A DNA stretch of 64,000 nt, from the IMG/VR virus record IMGVR_UViG_3300046171_000155; one strand, written 5' to 3'. The translations under genes were made by a program, and so were the position numbers. Shown here in pieces: positions 1-9,222 of this stretch (the first letter of the stretch is position 1; each line of letters begins with the position of its first letter). The notes below the pieces were generated by a model. It was not told the DNA's origin. It did not search any database and saw only the letters and a list, made by a program, of their open reading frames with translations. Origin of the DNA: a virus.

Positions 1-47
1 CTTGTCCGTTAGGACTATTTTGAATTTATTATTATGCATAACTCCCC

Positions 48-569
48 TTATGCCATCATTGCCTCAAGTTCGTCGAACTGCTCTTCGACACCATACATAC
101 CCATCTCTTTCTTGACACGCCACTCCTCGCGGACAGCTTCGTCAAGGTTGGTAAGAGAACATGCGTCCTTACCCATAGAGTCCTGTTCCCAACGGCGAAT
201 ACCGACAACCTCGTTCTCGAAGTTGAGTGCCTTCTGCTCGCAGTACAACTGACCGAAGTCTACCGACGCGTAGATCGCGGACTCCCAGAACTCGATGTGG
301 TCTTCCTCACGGAAGTCGATAAGATCGATCACCTGCTCAGAGATGATGTACTCCTCAGAGTATGCGGATGAGTGCTCGATAGAACGCTCAACGTCGACCC
401 ACCACTGAGTGTTGGCGACATCATCCGCCGACGCGTTGATGAAGTAGGTGTCGCCACCCTTAGACTTCCAGTGCTGAGGGCAATAACCCTCACCGTTCCA
501 ATCGTGGGCACCGTAGTTCTCACGGAACTGAGTAGAGATAACAACAATAATTGAATTAGACATAACCAA
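48..569 (-). CDS. hypothetical early protein
   Basis: 173-aa acidic ORF with the phage-type motif TQFRENYGAHDW...WKSKGG; GAGG RBS upstream. Confidence 0.7.
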   Translation of the reverse strand: MVMSNSIIVVISTQFRENYGAHDWNGEGYCPQHWKSKGGDTYFINASADDVANTQWWVDVERSIEHSSAYSEEYIISEQVIDLIDFREEDHIEFWESAIYASVDFGQLYCEQKALNFENEVVGIRRWEQDSMGKDACSLTNLDEAVREEWRVKKEMGMYGVEEQFDELEAMMA

Positions 570-575
570 ACCCTC

Positions 576-716
576 TTAAGTGTAAAGTAGACCGTAACCG
601 AACAAAAAACCTAGTGCCATACCCATCGCGATCAGAGACAACCAAGCGACGAAACCTTCACTAGGCATCTCTGGATTTTTCTCGGTGCGGGGTCGAAAAT
701 CTCTCATAGAACTCAT
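576..716 (-). CDS. small membrane protein (46 aa, not in ORF track)
   Basis: Hand translation MSSMRDFRPRTEKNPEMPSEGFVAWLSLIAMGMALGFLFGYGLLYT; GAGG upstream; fills the gap between genes. Confidence 0.6.
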   Translation of the reverse strand: MSSMRDFRPRTEKNPEMPSEGFVAWLSLIAMGMALGFLFGYGLLYT

Positions 717-718
717 GA

Positions 719-907
719 TTAAACCACCTCTTCCCAACGGACGATGAAGTCTTGAAGGAACTCAACTTGTTCTGGTTCCAGACCACCAACAACCAACAGT
801 TCATCAGCACTCATCAAAGGCAACTGGTTCTCAAAACAGAACTGTCGGAACTCATTAATCAAACTATCAACAATATTCATAACTATCTCCCTATCAACAG
901 TACCCAT
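719..907 (-). CDS. hypothetical protein (true start probably near 880)
   Basis: ORF directly behind a sigma70 promoter, with GGGAG RBS. Confidence 0.6.
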   Translation of the reverse strand: MGTVDREIVMNIVDSLINEFRQFCFENQLPLMSADELLVVGGLEPEQVEFLQDFIVRWEEVV

Positions 908-933
908 TATACCTGTTTTAAAAATAATGTCAA
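906..933 (-). promoter_or_regulatory. sigma70-type early promoter
   Basis: TTGACA-16 nt-TATAAT on minus strand with an A-rich upstream region. Confidence 0.75.
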
Positions 934-964
934 CAACTTTTTAAAACTTTTTTTCGTAAATATT

Positions 965-1114
965 TCACGAATCTGATTTTTCGAGTTTCTCGATTTTGAG
1001 TTGGAGTGCGAGGATCGCATCCTCGACACGTGCGTTGTCTTCGGGAGACAACTCCCCACGCACCTCACAGAGGCACATCAACTCGTTATAAAGACCACCT
1101 AATACTGCATCCAT
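965..1114 (-). CDS. small hypothetical protein (49 aa, not in ORF track)
   Basis: MDAVLGGLYNELMCLCEVRGELSPEDNARVEDAILALQLKIEKLEKSDS; TAATG overlap with the upstream ORF. Confidence 0.6.
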   Translation of the reverse strand: MDAVLGGLYNELMCLCEVRGELSPEDNARVEDAILALQLKIEKLEKSDS

Positions 1115-1299
1115 TACACAATCTCCCGTGGATTAATGAACCCATACTGCGGGTTCTCGAACTCATGATCAAACATACCGATCTCATTGAACCCAAACAG
1201 GGTCATGGCGGTGCTAGTGTCGCCCCTTTCGAACACGACCATCTCGTGTCCTGCTGGAATTGAACCTACAAACTCATTAATATTTTCAATCAAAATCAT
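1114..1299 (-). CDS. hypothetical protein
   Basis: ORF with AGGAG RBS in a tight gene array. Confidence 0.65.
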   Translation of the reverse strand: MILIENINEFVGSIPAGHEMVVFERGDTSTAMTLFGFNEIGMFDHEFENPQYGFINPREIV

Positions 1300-1311
1300 T
1301 ACGATATCTCC

Positions 1312-1488
1312 TTACTTCGCAATTGATGCGACAGCACACAAGTTCTTGATTTCAGTTTCGCCGTTGAGCAGTTCAACATACTGACGAATCGCAGAAGCAC
1401 AAGCACCATTCTTATGCTCAGCCTCAACACCTTGGAAAATCCAAGAAAGGTGCGTATCTTCTTTTACCACAACGTCATACAATCTCAT
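1312..1488 (-). CDS. hypothetical protein
   Basis: Start re-assigned to MRLYDVV, downstream of the promoter at 1522-1550. Confidence 0.6.
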   Translation of the reverse strand: MRLYDVVVKEDTHLSWIFQGVEAEHKNGACASAIRQYVELLNGETEIKNLCAVASIAK

Positions 1489-1521
1489 ATCAACTCTCTC
1501 TGTCTCAATTTCAATACAGAT

Positions 1522-1569
1522 ATTATAGTATATGTTTTGAAAATAAACAAGGGTTAATTTAGGTAATTT
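1522..1569 (-). promoter_or_regulatory. early promoter with upstream AAATTACCTAAATT box
   Basis: TTGTTT-17-TATAAT; a similar element is at 24547-24594. Confidence 0.65.
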
Positions 1570-1570
1570 G

Positions 1571-1990
1571 TCACTTTTTTTGAGGGAGGTGTTTTGCGTG
1601 GATCTTACAACCGATGAACGCGTTGTAGTAGTCGTCTCGCAGGAGTACGTCGTACTCGAACTGGAGTTTCGCTTCGTAGTAGGAACACTCGCCTTTAGTA
1701 AGGCAGAGCTTGAGGATTTCTCGTTTGTAGTTATCGGCACCGCGTTGCGCGACTGCCTCTTTGAGTTCTTGACTTGAACCGTAATATTTCATCCAGTCGG
1801 ACCCTACTCGCGTCTTCACTCGACGTTTTCGGGTCTTGGTCACTGGCAGTGTTTTAGGTTTCCAAAAGAACTTCTTACCGATGTACTTCATTCCGGTATC
1901 AAGTTCTGTAATCTGATAGACGAACCCTTGGTAAGGTTCAAGGAAGTCTTCGTCTGGGGTGAATTCTTTATCTTCGTATAACCAAGTCAT
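1571..1990 (-). CDS. GIY-YIG (Seg-like) endonuclease
   Basis: GFVYQIT...KYIGKK, YYGSS, REIL...E and YYN motifs. Confidence 0.8.
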   Translation of the reverse strand: MTWLYEDKEFTPDEDFLEPYQGFVYQITELDTGMKYIGKKFFWKPKTLPVTKTRKRRVKTRVGSDWMKYYGSSQELKEAVAQRGADNYKREILKLCLTKGECSYYEAKLQFEYDVLLRDDYYNAFIGCKIHAKHLPQKK

Positions 1991-1994
1991 GCAA

Positions 1995-2525
1995 CTATAT
2001 AGAGTTGCTATAAACCTCTATAAAATGCGATTCACCGTTGGCAACTGTCTTGCTCCATTCCTCTGCTGCACCGTCGTCTGCCTGATCACTGACGTACTTG
2101 TAGCATCGAAACTCGACACCAGCATCCTTACAGACTTTGGCAATTGCGTATGCCTCCATCTCGACTAGATCTGCTGGGATATCAAGGTTTGGGTCTGCAA
2201 CGAAATCATCACCTGTACTGCAAGTGAGTCCCTCACCTTCTCCAAGAACAACTCCGTCCTCGAACGGAGTCTGCCCTAGACTGTAACCCAATCCAGCGCA
2301 AGACATGTCTCGTTGTACGAATTGTGTCACTTCGTGGATACCACCATCTACGGTGATACCACCTGCGGTGCCGAAATTCCAAACCACATTCGGTTTGTGT
2401 CGTTCGATCAGTTTCGCGGCAGTCATTGCCGCATTGACCTTACCGACTCCGGTAAAAAAGACGTTGTCCCACTGGGACATTTTTGGTGCCTCTAACTCCA
2501 AGGCAATGAGGATGATGTCAGACAT
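1995..2525 (-). CDS. mtnN: 5'-methylthioadenosine/S-adenosylhomocysteine nucleosidase
   Basis: TGVGKVNAA, NFGTAGG, STGDDFV, VEMEAYAIAKVC and VSDQAD motifs of the PNP/MTAN family. Confidence 0.85.
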   Translation of the reverse strand: MSDIILIALELEAPKMSQWDNVFFTGVGKVNAAMTAAKLIERHKPNVVWNFGTAGGITVDGGIHEVTQFVQRDMSCAGLGYSLGQTPFEDGVVLGEGEGLTCSTGDDFVADPNLDIPADLVEMEAYAIAKVCKDAGVEFRCYKYVSDQADDGAAEEWSKTVANGESHFIEVYSNSI

Positions 2526-2526
2526 C

Positions 2527-3063
2527 TTACTTATCATATGTAACCACGCTGTAGGTTTTGATTTGTTGGCCACGGAGTTTCTCCGTGCCTCCTAGGAACT
2601 CTAAATCGATGACGCAACCATAAGAAACCTTCGTGACATCGAATGTCTGTAACAGTTCTGCGATGGCAAGTGCAGTACCGCCTGTCGCACTTACGTCATC
2701 AATGATGCACACCTGACTGTTCTTGTTCAACGGTGCAGTTGTTTTTATTTCAAGTGTGCGTGATGCATACTCGCATTTGTATTTGCGAGACTTCACGGGC
2801 GGGGGCAACTTGTTAGGTTTACGTACGATGTGTAGAGGTACACCCAAATACAAGGCAATAGGCGCACCCCATAAGAATCCTCGAGCGTCGGGGGCAACGA
2901 TATCCGTGTACCCCTTTCCTTCAATCTGATTCACAAGAGTACGGACACTCTGCTGGAATGCCTGCGGGTTCTGTAGGAGACTTGTCACGTCCTGAAAGTT
3001 GATTCCCTCTTCAGGCCAGTCTGGGACAGATTGTATCACTTGTTTTAAATTCATATCACTCAT
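2527..3063 (-). CDS. apt: adenine phosphoribosyltransferase
   Basis: PDWPEEGINFQD, DARGF, RKPNKLP, EY and the PRPP loop IIDDVSATGGT. Confidence 0.92.
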   Translation of the reverse strand: MSDMNLKQVIQSVPDWPEEGINFQDVTSLLQNPQAFQQSVRTLVNQIEGKGYTDIVAPDARGFLWGAPIALYLGVPLHIVRKPNKLPPPVKSRKYKCEYASRTLEIKTTAPLNKNSQVCIIDDVSATGGTALAIAELLQTFDVTKVSYGCVIDLEFLGGTEKLRGQQIKTYSVVTYDK

Positions 3064-3214
3064 CGTCTCTTGAGAGACTGAAAGAATATCCAGTCTCAAA
3101 GTCTGCGTCTGACCCGCACATAGGACAGTGCCTTGGCACCTCTTCCTCATACGGGACTTGAACGATGCTTACCATATCACAGATAGGACACTCTAAAGTG
3201 TATTCAGTATCCAT
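3056..3214 (-). CDS. small zinc-ribbon protein
   Basis: CPIC...CPMCG; overlaps both neighbours. Confidence 0.6.
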   Translation of the reverse strand: MDTEYTLECPICDMVSIVQVPYEEEVPRHCPMCGSDADFETGYSFSLSRDDE

Positions 3215-4188
3215 TATGCCACCTCTAACTCTATATCCTCCCAACCGAAGTCGTCGCCGTCCATTCCAGCAACTGAGTATTCGGTCACACGTTTCTCAAA
3301 GAAGTTGTCGTGTGATGCTCCGTTCAGTACCCAGTCCAACCACGGTAGTGGGTTATCTTTTTGTTTAAACTTTGGTTTCAGACCTAACTGAAGCAGACGA
3401 CGATCCGCAATATGACGAATGTAGTCAGTTACTTCCTGCTTCGTTATGCCTTGTACTTCGTTACCGTCAAATGCAAGATCAATAAACTTTTCTTCCAATT
3501 TGACAGCGTTTCGTGCCATCTTATATATCTTGGACTTAAGTTCGTCGTTCACGATGCGAGGGTGTTCCTCACAGAACTCACGGAACAACTTTGAGTTACC
3601 TTGTACATGGATGGTCTCATCACGGATGGACCACTCTACGATTGTTGCCATACCCTTCATCTTACCGAACCTCTGGAAGTTCAGTAACATGACGAACGAT
3701 GCGAATACAGACATACCTTCGTTAAACACCGACTGTGCTAATGATAGTGCAAGTCCAGTGTGAGAGTTATTATCTCCGTCCTTCATAAAATCGATCTTGT
3801 CCGCCATCTCCTTGTACTCTAGGAACTTGTGAAAGTCTTCGTCTGGCAGACCAAGTGTATCATTGAGGAGTGCGTACGCACGTTGGTGTACTGCTTCTCG
3901 TGCCGCAAACGATGACAACATGTTGCGGACTTCGTTGTTCTTGAACTTTGGTATCAACAGTTCGTGGTAGTTCTCCCCTACCTGTACATCTGACTGCGTG
4001 AATAGTCGCAGTACATGAGTAATAAATTCTTTCTCGGAATCTGACAGTTTGGTCTTCCAATCCTGTACATCTTCTGACAGTTCCGCTTCATCTTCAATCC
4101 AGTGTATTTCCTCGTGTTTCTTTGATAGTTCAACCGCCCAAGGATACTTGAACGGCTTGTATGTTTCCGATGTTTTTAGTAATGACAT
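3214..4188 (-). CDS. nrdB: ribonucleotide reductase class Ia beta subunit
   Basis: FTQSD, EAVHQRAY, EG and RDETIH di-iron motifs; NFFEKRVTEY tail. Confidence 0.97.
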   Translation of the reverse strand: MSLLKTSETYKPFKYPWAVELSKKHEEIHWIEDEAELSEDVQDWKTKLSDSEKEFITHVLRLFTQSDVQVGENYHELLIPKFKNNEVRNMLSSFAAREAVHQRAYALLNDTLGLPDEDFHKFLEYKEMADKIDFMKDGDNNSHTGLALSLAQSVFNEGMSVFASFVMLLNFQRFGKMKGMATIVEWSIRDETIHVQGNSKLFREFCEEHPRIVNDELKSKIYKMARNAVKLEEKFIDLAFDGNEVQGITKQEVTDYIRHIADRRLLQLGLKPKFKQKDNPLPWLDWVLNGASHDNFFEKRVTEYSVAGMDGDDFGWEDIELEVA

Positions 4189-4213
4189 ACTAATCCTTTA
4201 TTTGAATTGTTTA

Positions 4214-6223
4214 TTAACCCTCGCAGGCCCGACATTCATCGCCACCTTCAATTGGTTCGTACTCCACTTCACCTTTTAGATGCATCATAAGATCTTCATA
4301 ACCACCTATGTACTTGCCCTCCAGATAAATTTGAGGAACTGTCTTGACCTTTCGTCCTGTAACTTCTGCAGCCGACTTTCCAATCTCTTCAAGGTCGACG
4401 TAGTCATATTCTATGCCGCGTAATGACAGTTCCTCTGCGGCCATTTTGCACCATGGACAGTCTTGCTTTCCATAGAGTAGTGTTCGGTTGTCGTCTTGTA
4501 ACGCCACCCGTTCAACTTTGTCAGATACCGTCTCCGCACGAGACTTTGCCTCGGTGCGTAAATAGTATAGTCCCTTGAGACCTTTCTTCCATGCGTTGAA
4601 GTGTACTTTATTGACATACCGCTTCGGTGCACCTGACGGGAAGAATAAATTTACTGACTGACCCTGACAGATATATTGCTGTCGGTCAGCCGCGTGTGTT
4701 ACTACCCAGTTCTGGTCTAGTTCTTGAGCGGTCTTGAATACCGCCTTCTCTCCTTCGTTAAGGAATGGTAGGTGTTGCACCGACCCTTTTTTAGTAATGA
4801 TACTAGACCATGTAGATTCGTTGTCGTGACCCTTTTCTTGCAACAGACTGGTAAGATACGGATTCTTCACTAAAAACGAACCAGCGCGAGTTCTGTGCGT
4901 GTAGGCGCATGCCTTACTTGGTTCAATAGATGGTGATGTAGACAGAATAACTCCAGACGATGCATTCGGTGCGATCGCTAATAAGTGAGAGTTTCTGCGT
5001 CCAGTACCTTCTCCGTCTAGGTACTCACCACGTTCTTTTGCCAATAGTTCTGTTTCAGCAACAGCTTCTTCTGAGATGTGAGAAAAGACCACTTGATTTA
5101 TTTCACGTGCCTTGTCGGATTCCCAAGATACACCGTGTTTTTGTAGGAGTGAATGGAAACCCATTGCTCCAAGTCCAATGCTTCTTTCACGTGCCGCCGA
5201 ATAACGGGCGCGGGAAATACTATCTGGCGCATGACCGATGAAGTATTCGAGAACGTTATCCAACATACGAATAAGATCCCGCACGATATTAGTGTCTTTC
5301 CATTCATCATAATATTCTAAGTTTAGTGAAGACAAGCAACACACCGCTGTCCTCTCAGCGGAAGTAGGTAAGTGTATTTCGTTACATAGATTTGATCCGT
5401 GGATGCGCAGACCCTTCTCTTTGAGAGACATCGGTAGACCACGATTCGCGGTGTCGATGAAGTTTAGATATGGTTCGCCAGTTCGGAAACGAATCTCAAG
5501 AATGCGTTCCCATAGTTTACGTGCGTTGACAGTGTCTTTTACTGCACCGTCTTTTGGATCACGCAAATCAAAATCTGTGTTGTTCATTACAGCAGCCATG
5601 AACTCATCGGAGATGTTGATCGCATTGTGGATGTTCAGCGCCTTACGTTGTACGTCGCCTGTAGGAATGCGAATGTTTAGAAACTCCATGATGTCTGGGT
5701 GTGATATGTCTAGGTATGCCGCATAAGACCCCTTACGCGTTCTCCCTTGACGATACGCAATCATGTCTGCGTCTACAGTATGCATGAACGGAATAGGTCC
5801 TGGAGCAATGTCAGAGACGGTTCTTACGTCTCCCCAGTGACCGCCTACCCCACCGCCCATAACAGACAACCAACGTAACTCTGAAGAGTGCTCGATTAGT
5901 CCTTCGAGTGTGTCTGGAACATAGGTTAGAAAGCAGGAGATGGGAAGACCTTTGCCTTTGGTTTCACCGTTCTTTGGGGCATTAGACAGTACAGGCGATG
6001 CAAACATGAACCACTTTTTGCTTACATACTCGTAGAGACGTTCTGCAAGGCCTTCGTCTACAACACCCTCATATCGTGACCATGCGATCGCCGCTCTGGC
6101 ATAGGCATCTTGCGGAGAGTGTTCTCCATCCATCATGTAAAAATCTTTCAACATACCCACAGCGTAGTCAGTCAATAGATCGTCACGATCATAGTGTATA
6201 TCAATCATATTATTGTTGCTCAA
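4214..6223 (-). CDS. nrdA: ribonucleotide reductase class Ia alpha subunit with inserted glutaredoxin domain
   Basis: PISCFL, SNLCNEI, APNASS, GLYYLR; then CPWC...TVPQI...IGGY (Grx) and terminal CRACEG. Confidence 0.95.
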   Translation of the reverse strand: MSNNNMIDIHYDRDDLLTDYAVGMLKDFYMMDGEHSPQDAYARAAIAWSRYEGVVDEGLAERLYEYVSKKWFMFASPVLSNAPKNGETKGKGLPISCFLTYVPDTLEGLIEHSSELRWLSVMGGGVGGHWGDVRTVSDIAPGPIPFMHTVDADMIAYRQGRTRKGSYAAYLDISHPDIMEFLNIRIPTGDVQRKALNIHNAINISDEFMAAVMNNTDFDLRDPKDGAVKDTVNARKLWERILEIRFRTGEPYLNFIDTANRGLPMSLKEKGLRIHGSNLCNEIHLPTSAERTAVCCLSSLNLEYYDEWKDTNIVRDLIRMLDNVLEYFIGHAPDSISRARYSAARERSIGLGAMGFHSLLQKHGVSWESDKAREINQVVFSHISEEAVAETELLAKERGEYLDGEGTGRRNSHLLAIAPNASSGVILSTSPSIEPSKACAYTHRTRAGSFLVKNPYLTSLLQEKGHDNESTWSSIITKKGSVQHLPFLNEGEKAVFKTAQELDQNWVVTHAADRQQYICQGQSVNLFFPSGAPKRYVNKVHFNAWKKGLKGLYYLRTEAKSRAETVSDKVERVALQDDNRTLLYGKQDCPWCKMAAEELSLRGIEYDYVDLEEIGKSAAEVTGRKVKTVPQIYLEGKYIGGYEDLMMHLKGEVEYEPIEGGDECRACEG

Positions 6224-6571
6224 TTATTTTGAATAGTCGTAAAACGGTTCATCACGTTGGAACTCATAGTCCTCGATGATCATTTGTTTTCCGGTCTCAT
6301 GGAACTTTTTACAGCACTCTTCTATGTAAAAAGTCTTTTCTTCGTCACTGAAGAGTTCTTCCCACATCATATGGTTATTGAAAGAACTACTAGGTTTAGT
6401 GATCAGGAATCTTTCGGGTGAAAGGGAGTCGCCCGAGTACCCGTCGAGAGGAACATAGATCAAGTTTTCTTCGGAGTAAGATGAGAGAAGAAGATCTTCA
6501 TCTATGATAGAGGTTTCTAAAATGACTACTTTATAGTCACCATAATCCGTAATCTTCATCTTGCATCCCAT
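6224..6571 (-). CDS. hypothetical protein
   Basis: ORF abutting nrdA, behind a TTTACG-17-TATAAT promoter (6587-6615). Confidence 0.6.
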   Translation of the reverse strand: MGCKMKITDYGDYKVVILETSIIDEDLLLSSYSEENLIYVPLDGYSGDSLSPERFLITKPSSSFNNHMMWEELFSDEEKTFYIEECCKKFHETGKQMIIEDYEFQRDEPFYDYSK

Positions 6572-6616
6572 TAATTTAGACGTAAGATTATATAGTATTA
6601 TGAGGACTTCGTAAAG

Positions 6617-6805
6617 CTATTTTTTGAACTTTTTTGGTAGGATTCGACGTAAAATTTCTACGTTCTTTTTGCGCTTGTTCTTGCGATCACCCTTCTTCCG
6701 AACGATCACAGTAGAGGAGTCGTCTCCAGCGCCAGGGACTCCTGAAGTGTTGTTTGTTGGTACATCTTCGCTGAACTGCTTTTCAAATTCTTTGAATGAC
6801 TTCAT
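6617..6805 (-). CDS. small basic protein with CTS-like N-terminus
   Basis: MKSFKEFEKQFSEDVPTN; type typical of T4-like late blocks. Confidence 0.65.
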   Translation of the reverse strand: MKSFKEFEKQFSEDVPTNNTSGVPGAGDDSSTVIVRKKGDRKNKRKKNVEILRRILPKKFKK

Positions 6806-7395
6806 TTAGCAATCTCGTTCGCCGTGAATAGTACTCTGTGTCCAGTTCGCATATGGACGCCTTCATAGACAGGAATACCTAAAACATCGTAACATAAATT
6901 ATTTTCTACAACGCGAACCTTGTCGTCCTTTCGTACAACTTCATGGCATTGGTCTGTCATAGAATCATTTCGCATCCTATACATGCCTTGTCCAAGGTTG
7001 CCATCTTCCAACACATACCATCGGGAATTCTCTAATAGAACGTCCATGATATCGATACCAGTTTCTTCGTGTATCTTTTGTAGGTTTTCGTCAGAGAGTT
7101 CTCCGTGTTCTTTGATCAGTGCGAGTGCTGCACCATAACGTGCGACCACAGATGATCCGCCTGGTGCCTTTGCCATGAGTTTCTTTAGATTGAATACGAG
7201 ACGATGAAATGCGGTATAGTGTGATCGGTATGCGTCACGATTATCCATCGTGTCCATTGAGAAACTTTTGATCTTGTTTCCGTCGGCGTCAATGATTCCC
7301 GCTTTGTATGCGCCTGTATCCTCGAACTTAGTGACAAGTAGTTTTAGAAAACGAATTGTATAGACTAGATCAGCCGCTGATTTTAAGATTCCCAT
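6802..7395 (-). CDS. conserved T4-like hypothetical protein
   Basis: DLVYTIRFLKLL...AYKAGIID...YTAFHRLVFNLK motif. Confidence 0.75.
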   Translation of the reverse strand: MGILKSAADLVYTIRFLKLLVTKFEDTGAYKAGIIDADGNKIKSFSMDTMDNRDAYRSHYTAFHRLVFNLKKLMAKAPGGSSVVARYGAALALIKEHGELSDENLQKIHEETGIDIMDVLLENSRWYVLEDGNLGQGMYRMRNDSMTDQCHEVVRKDDKVRVVENNLCYDVLGIPVYEGVHMRTGHRVLFTANEIAK

Positions 7396-7751
7396 CTAAG
7401 TTCTCTCAATTTACTCACTACATGTTTGTCCATTTTGATGCCAGTGATATCGTCATTTTTTATTGCGTTTAGAAAAACGAGAAAGGGCTTCAAAGTGGGC
7501 CACTGTTCTAGGGGTATCTTTAGCGCTAACATCTCAATGCCAGCTTCATGCCCGAAGACATTGAAGATGACGATGAGATGATTCAGTATAAGTCTTTCCG
7601 ACAAATTACCGTTCTGATGATACCTGTTGATGAGTCGTTTAAGATATTTGAACCTCTTTAGATCATCAAAAAACTCATCACCATCAATACATGTTGGATT
7701 GTAGTAATGCTTTGCTGCATACACCACAAGGTTCTTATTGTTCAATTTCAT
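7383..7751 (-). CDS. conserved T4-like hypothetical protein
   Basis: YAAKHYYNP...DDLKRFKYLKRL...ERLILNH motif. Confidence 0.75.
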   Translation of the reverse strand: MKLNNKNLVVYAAKHYYNPTCIDGDEFFDDLKRFKYLKRLINRYHQNGNLSERLILNHLIVIFNVFGHEAGIEMLALKIPLEQWPTLKPFLVFLNAIKNDDITGIKMDKHVVSKLRELRWES

Positions 7752-7798
7752 ACCGTGAAACTTAAAGATTATGTTTCAGATATTTAGTGAAGCAATAA

Positions 7799-7996
7799 TT
7801 AATCGTCTTCAGGTTCTTCTACGTCTTCAACTACAGGCGCTGGTTCAGGTGCTGGAGCAGGGTTCTTTGCACCATGCCACTCTGCAATCTCTTCGTGAGA
7901 AAAGTTTTGAACCTTCAACAACTCGCCAGTCCTTGCGTCAGACCAACCTGCTTTGACAGGGACCGCGTCTTTACACCACTTAGGGGCCTTAATCAT
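7799..7996 (-). CDS. hypothetical protein
   Basis: APKW...GW...TGELL ORF in array. Confidence 0.6.
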   Translation of the reverse strand: MIKAPKWCKDAVPVKAGWSDARTGELLKVQNFSHEEIAEWHGAKNPAPAPEPAPVVEDVEEPEDD

Positions 7997-7998
7997 GA

Positions 7999-8784
7999 TT
8001 ACTTTCCTTTTACTGGATTGACGACTGACTTATCGCCATTAGATAGATTGTCTGCACCGCTTCGTGCAGGTGCTTGTTTCTTGACTGCTTTAGCCGCAGC
8101 GAAAGTCTTAGTGTGACCGTCTTCTTCGTTGTCTTCGATTTTCTTATCAGACTTCTTGTGCTTGGCAATGACTTCTTTGTCATGCTTAGAAGAGTGGTCG
8201 TCATACTTCTCTGGAGCAAGTGCGCCTTTCTTAGGGTTCGCAGCTTCTGAGATTGCGTTCCATAGAGACTCAAAAGAATCTGTTAGATCGATATCTAGAG
8301 ACTCACGTTGATGTTTCTTCCAGTCGTCCATAGACAACTTACCACCAGCACGTTTGTAATCTGCGTACTTCTGAGAAGGAGTCTGAGAATCTTTCTTAGG
8401 GGCAGCAGGGGCAGGGGCAGGTGAGTCTTTCTTTTCATCATCGGCTTTATTGATCGCAACCTTGTCCGCTTTCGCAGCAGCCTTTGCAAGATCAGCAGAT
8501 ACTTCGTCTACTTTACCGCCTTTCTTCTTGGCATCGATAGCATCGTCTGTTGCGGCACGCTTCTTATGTAGGTATTCGTCAGAAGAATCTACATCGCCGT
8601 CGTTATCGATGTCCTTGTCGTCACGATTCTTGAACTCTTTATCGTTCTCTTTATCGTCTACTGGATCAAGTTTCTTGCCTTCTTTCTTAGGATGTGTTTT
8701 CCCGCAACCCTCATCTAGTTCGGCGTTACGCTCGGAGACCATTCCCAAATACGCCTCCATAATTTTATTGATATCTGACATCAT
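7999..8784 (-). CDS. Lys/Asp-rich probable internal head protein
   Basis: DKDIDNDGDVDSSDEYLHKKR motif; several (L/I/V)xE sites like those cut by prohead protease. Confidence 0.65.
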   Translation of the reverse strand: MMSDINKIMEAYLGMVSERNAELDEGCGKTHPKKEGKKLDPVDDKENDKEFKNRDDKDIDNDGDVDSSDEYLHKKRAATDDAIDAKKKGGKVDEVSADLAKAAAKADKVAINKADDEKKDSPAPAPAAPKKDSQTPSQKYADYKRAGGKLSMDDWKKHQRESLDIDLTDSFESLWNAISEAANPKKGALAPEKYDDHSSKHDKEVIAKHKKSDKKIEDNEEDGHTKTFAAAKAVKKQAPARSGADNLSNGDKSVVNPVKGK

Positions 8785-8799
8785 AGTCTCCGTTGGTTA

Positions 8800-9111
8800 T
8801 TATGCATCAAAAAAAGTTTTGATGACTACACCGGCAAAGATTGTTGCAGATAATGTAATAATGTATTGCATTACTTTTACAGTCTTGCCTTGTTCTTGAA
8901 CGTTATCTTCGAGATCGTCCATTCGTTGAGAGAAACGATTCATTCGTTCAAAGTGTTGCGAGTTCGCTTTCTCAATGTTAATAAGCTTTTCTTCCGCTCT
9001 TGCAAGATCAATCATTGCATCGGAAAGCTTGTCTATTTTGTCCTCGATTCTTGCGAGGCGTTGCTCTTCACGTTGCACATGCTCTTGTAAAATTAGGTTG
9101 TTGTCTGCCAT
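8800..9111 (-). CDS. coiled-coil protein with C-terminal TM helix (holin/hemolysin-like)
   Basis: RLARIEDKIDKLSDAMIDLARAEEK plus a hydrophobic C-terminus; late promoter upstream. Confidence 0.55.
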   Translation of the reverse strand: MADNNLILQEHVQREEQRLARIEDKIDKLSDAMIDLARAEEKLINIEKANSQHFERMNRFSQRMDDLEDNVQEQGKTVKVMQYIITLSATIFAGVVIKTFFDA

Positions 9112-9206
9112 GTTTCGATCAGCCCATTAGTATTGATAATATAAGTCATATGATAATTATAATTTAATGTAATATAATTAGTTGACTTACGGTTAAGGTT
9201 TATGTT

Positions 9207-9214
9207 TATTTATA
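9207..9214 (-). promoter_or_regulatory. T4-type late promoter
   Basis: TATAAATA on minus strand, intergenic. Confidence 0.7.
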
Positions 9215-9222
9215 ACGATCAA

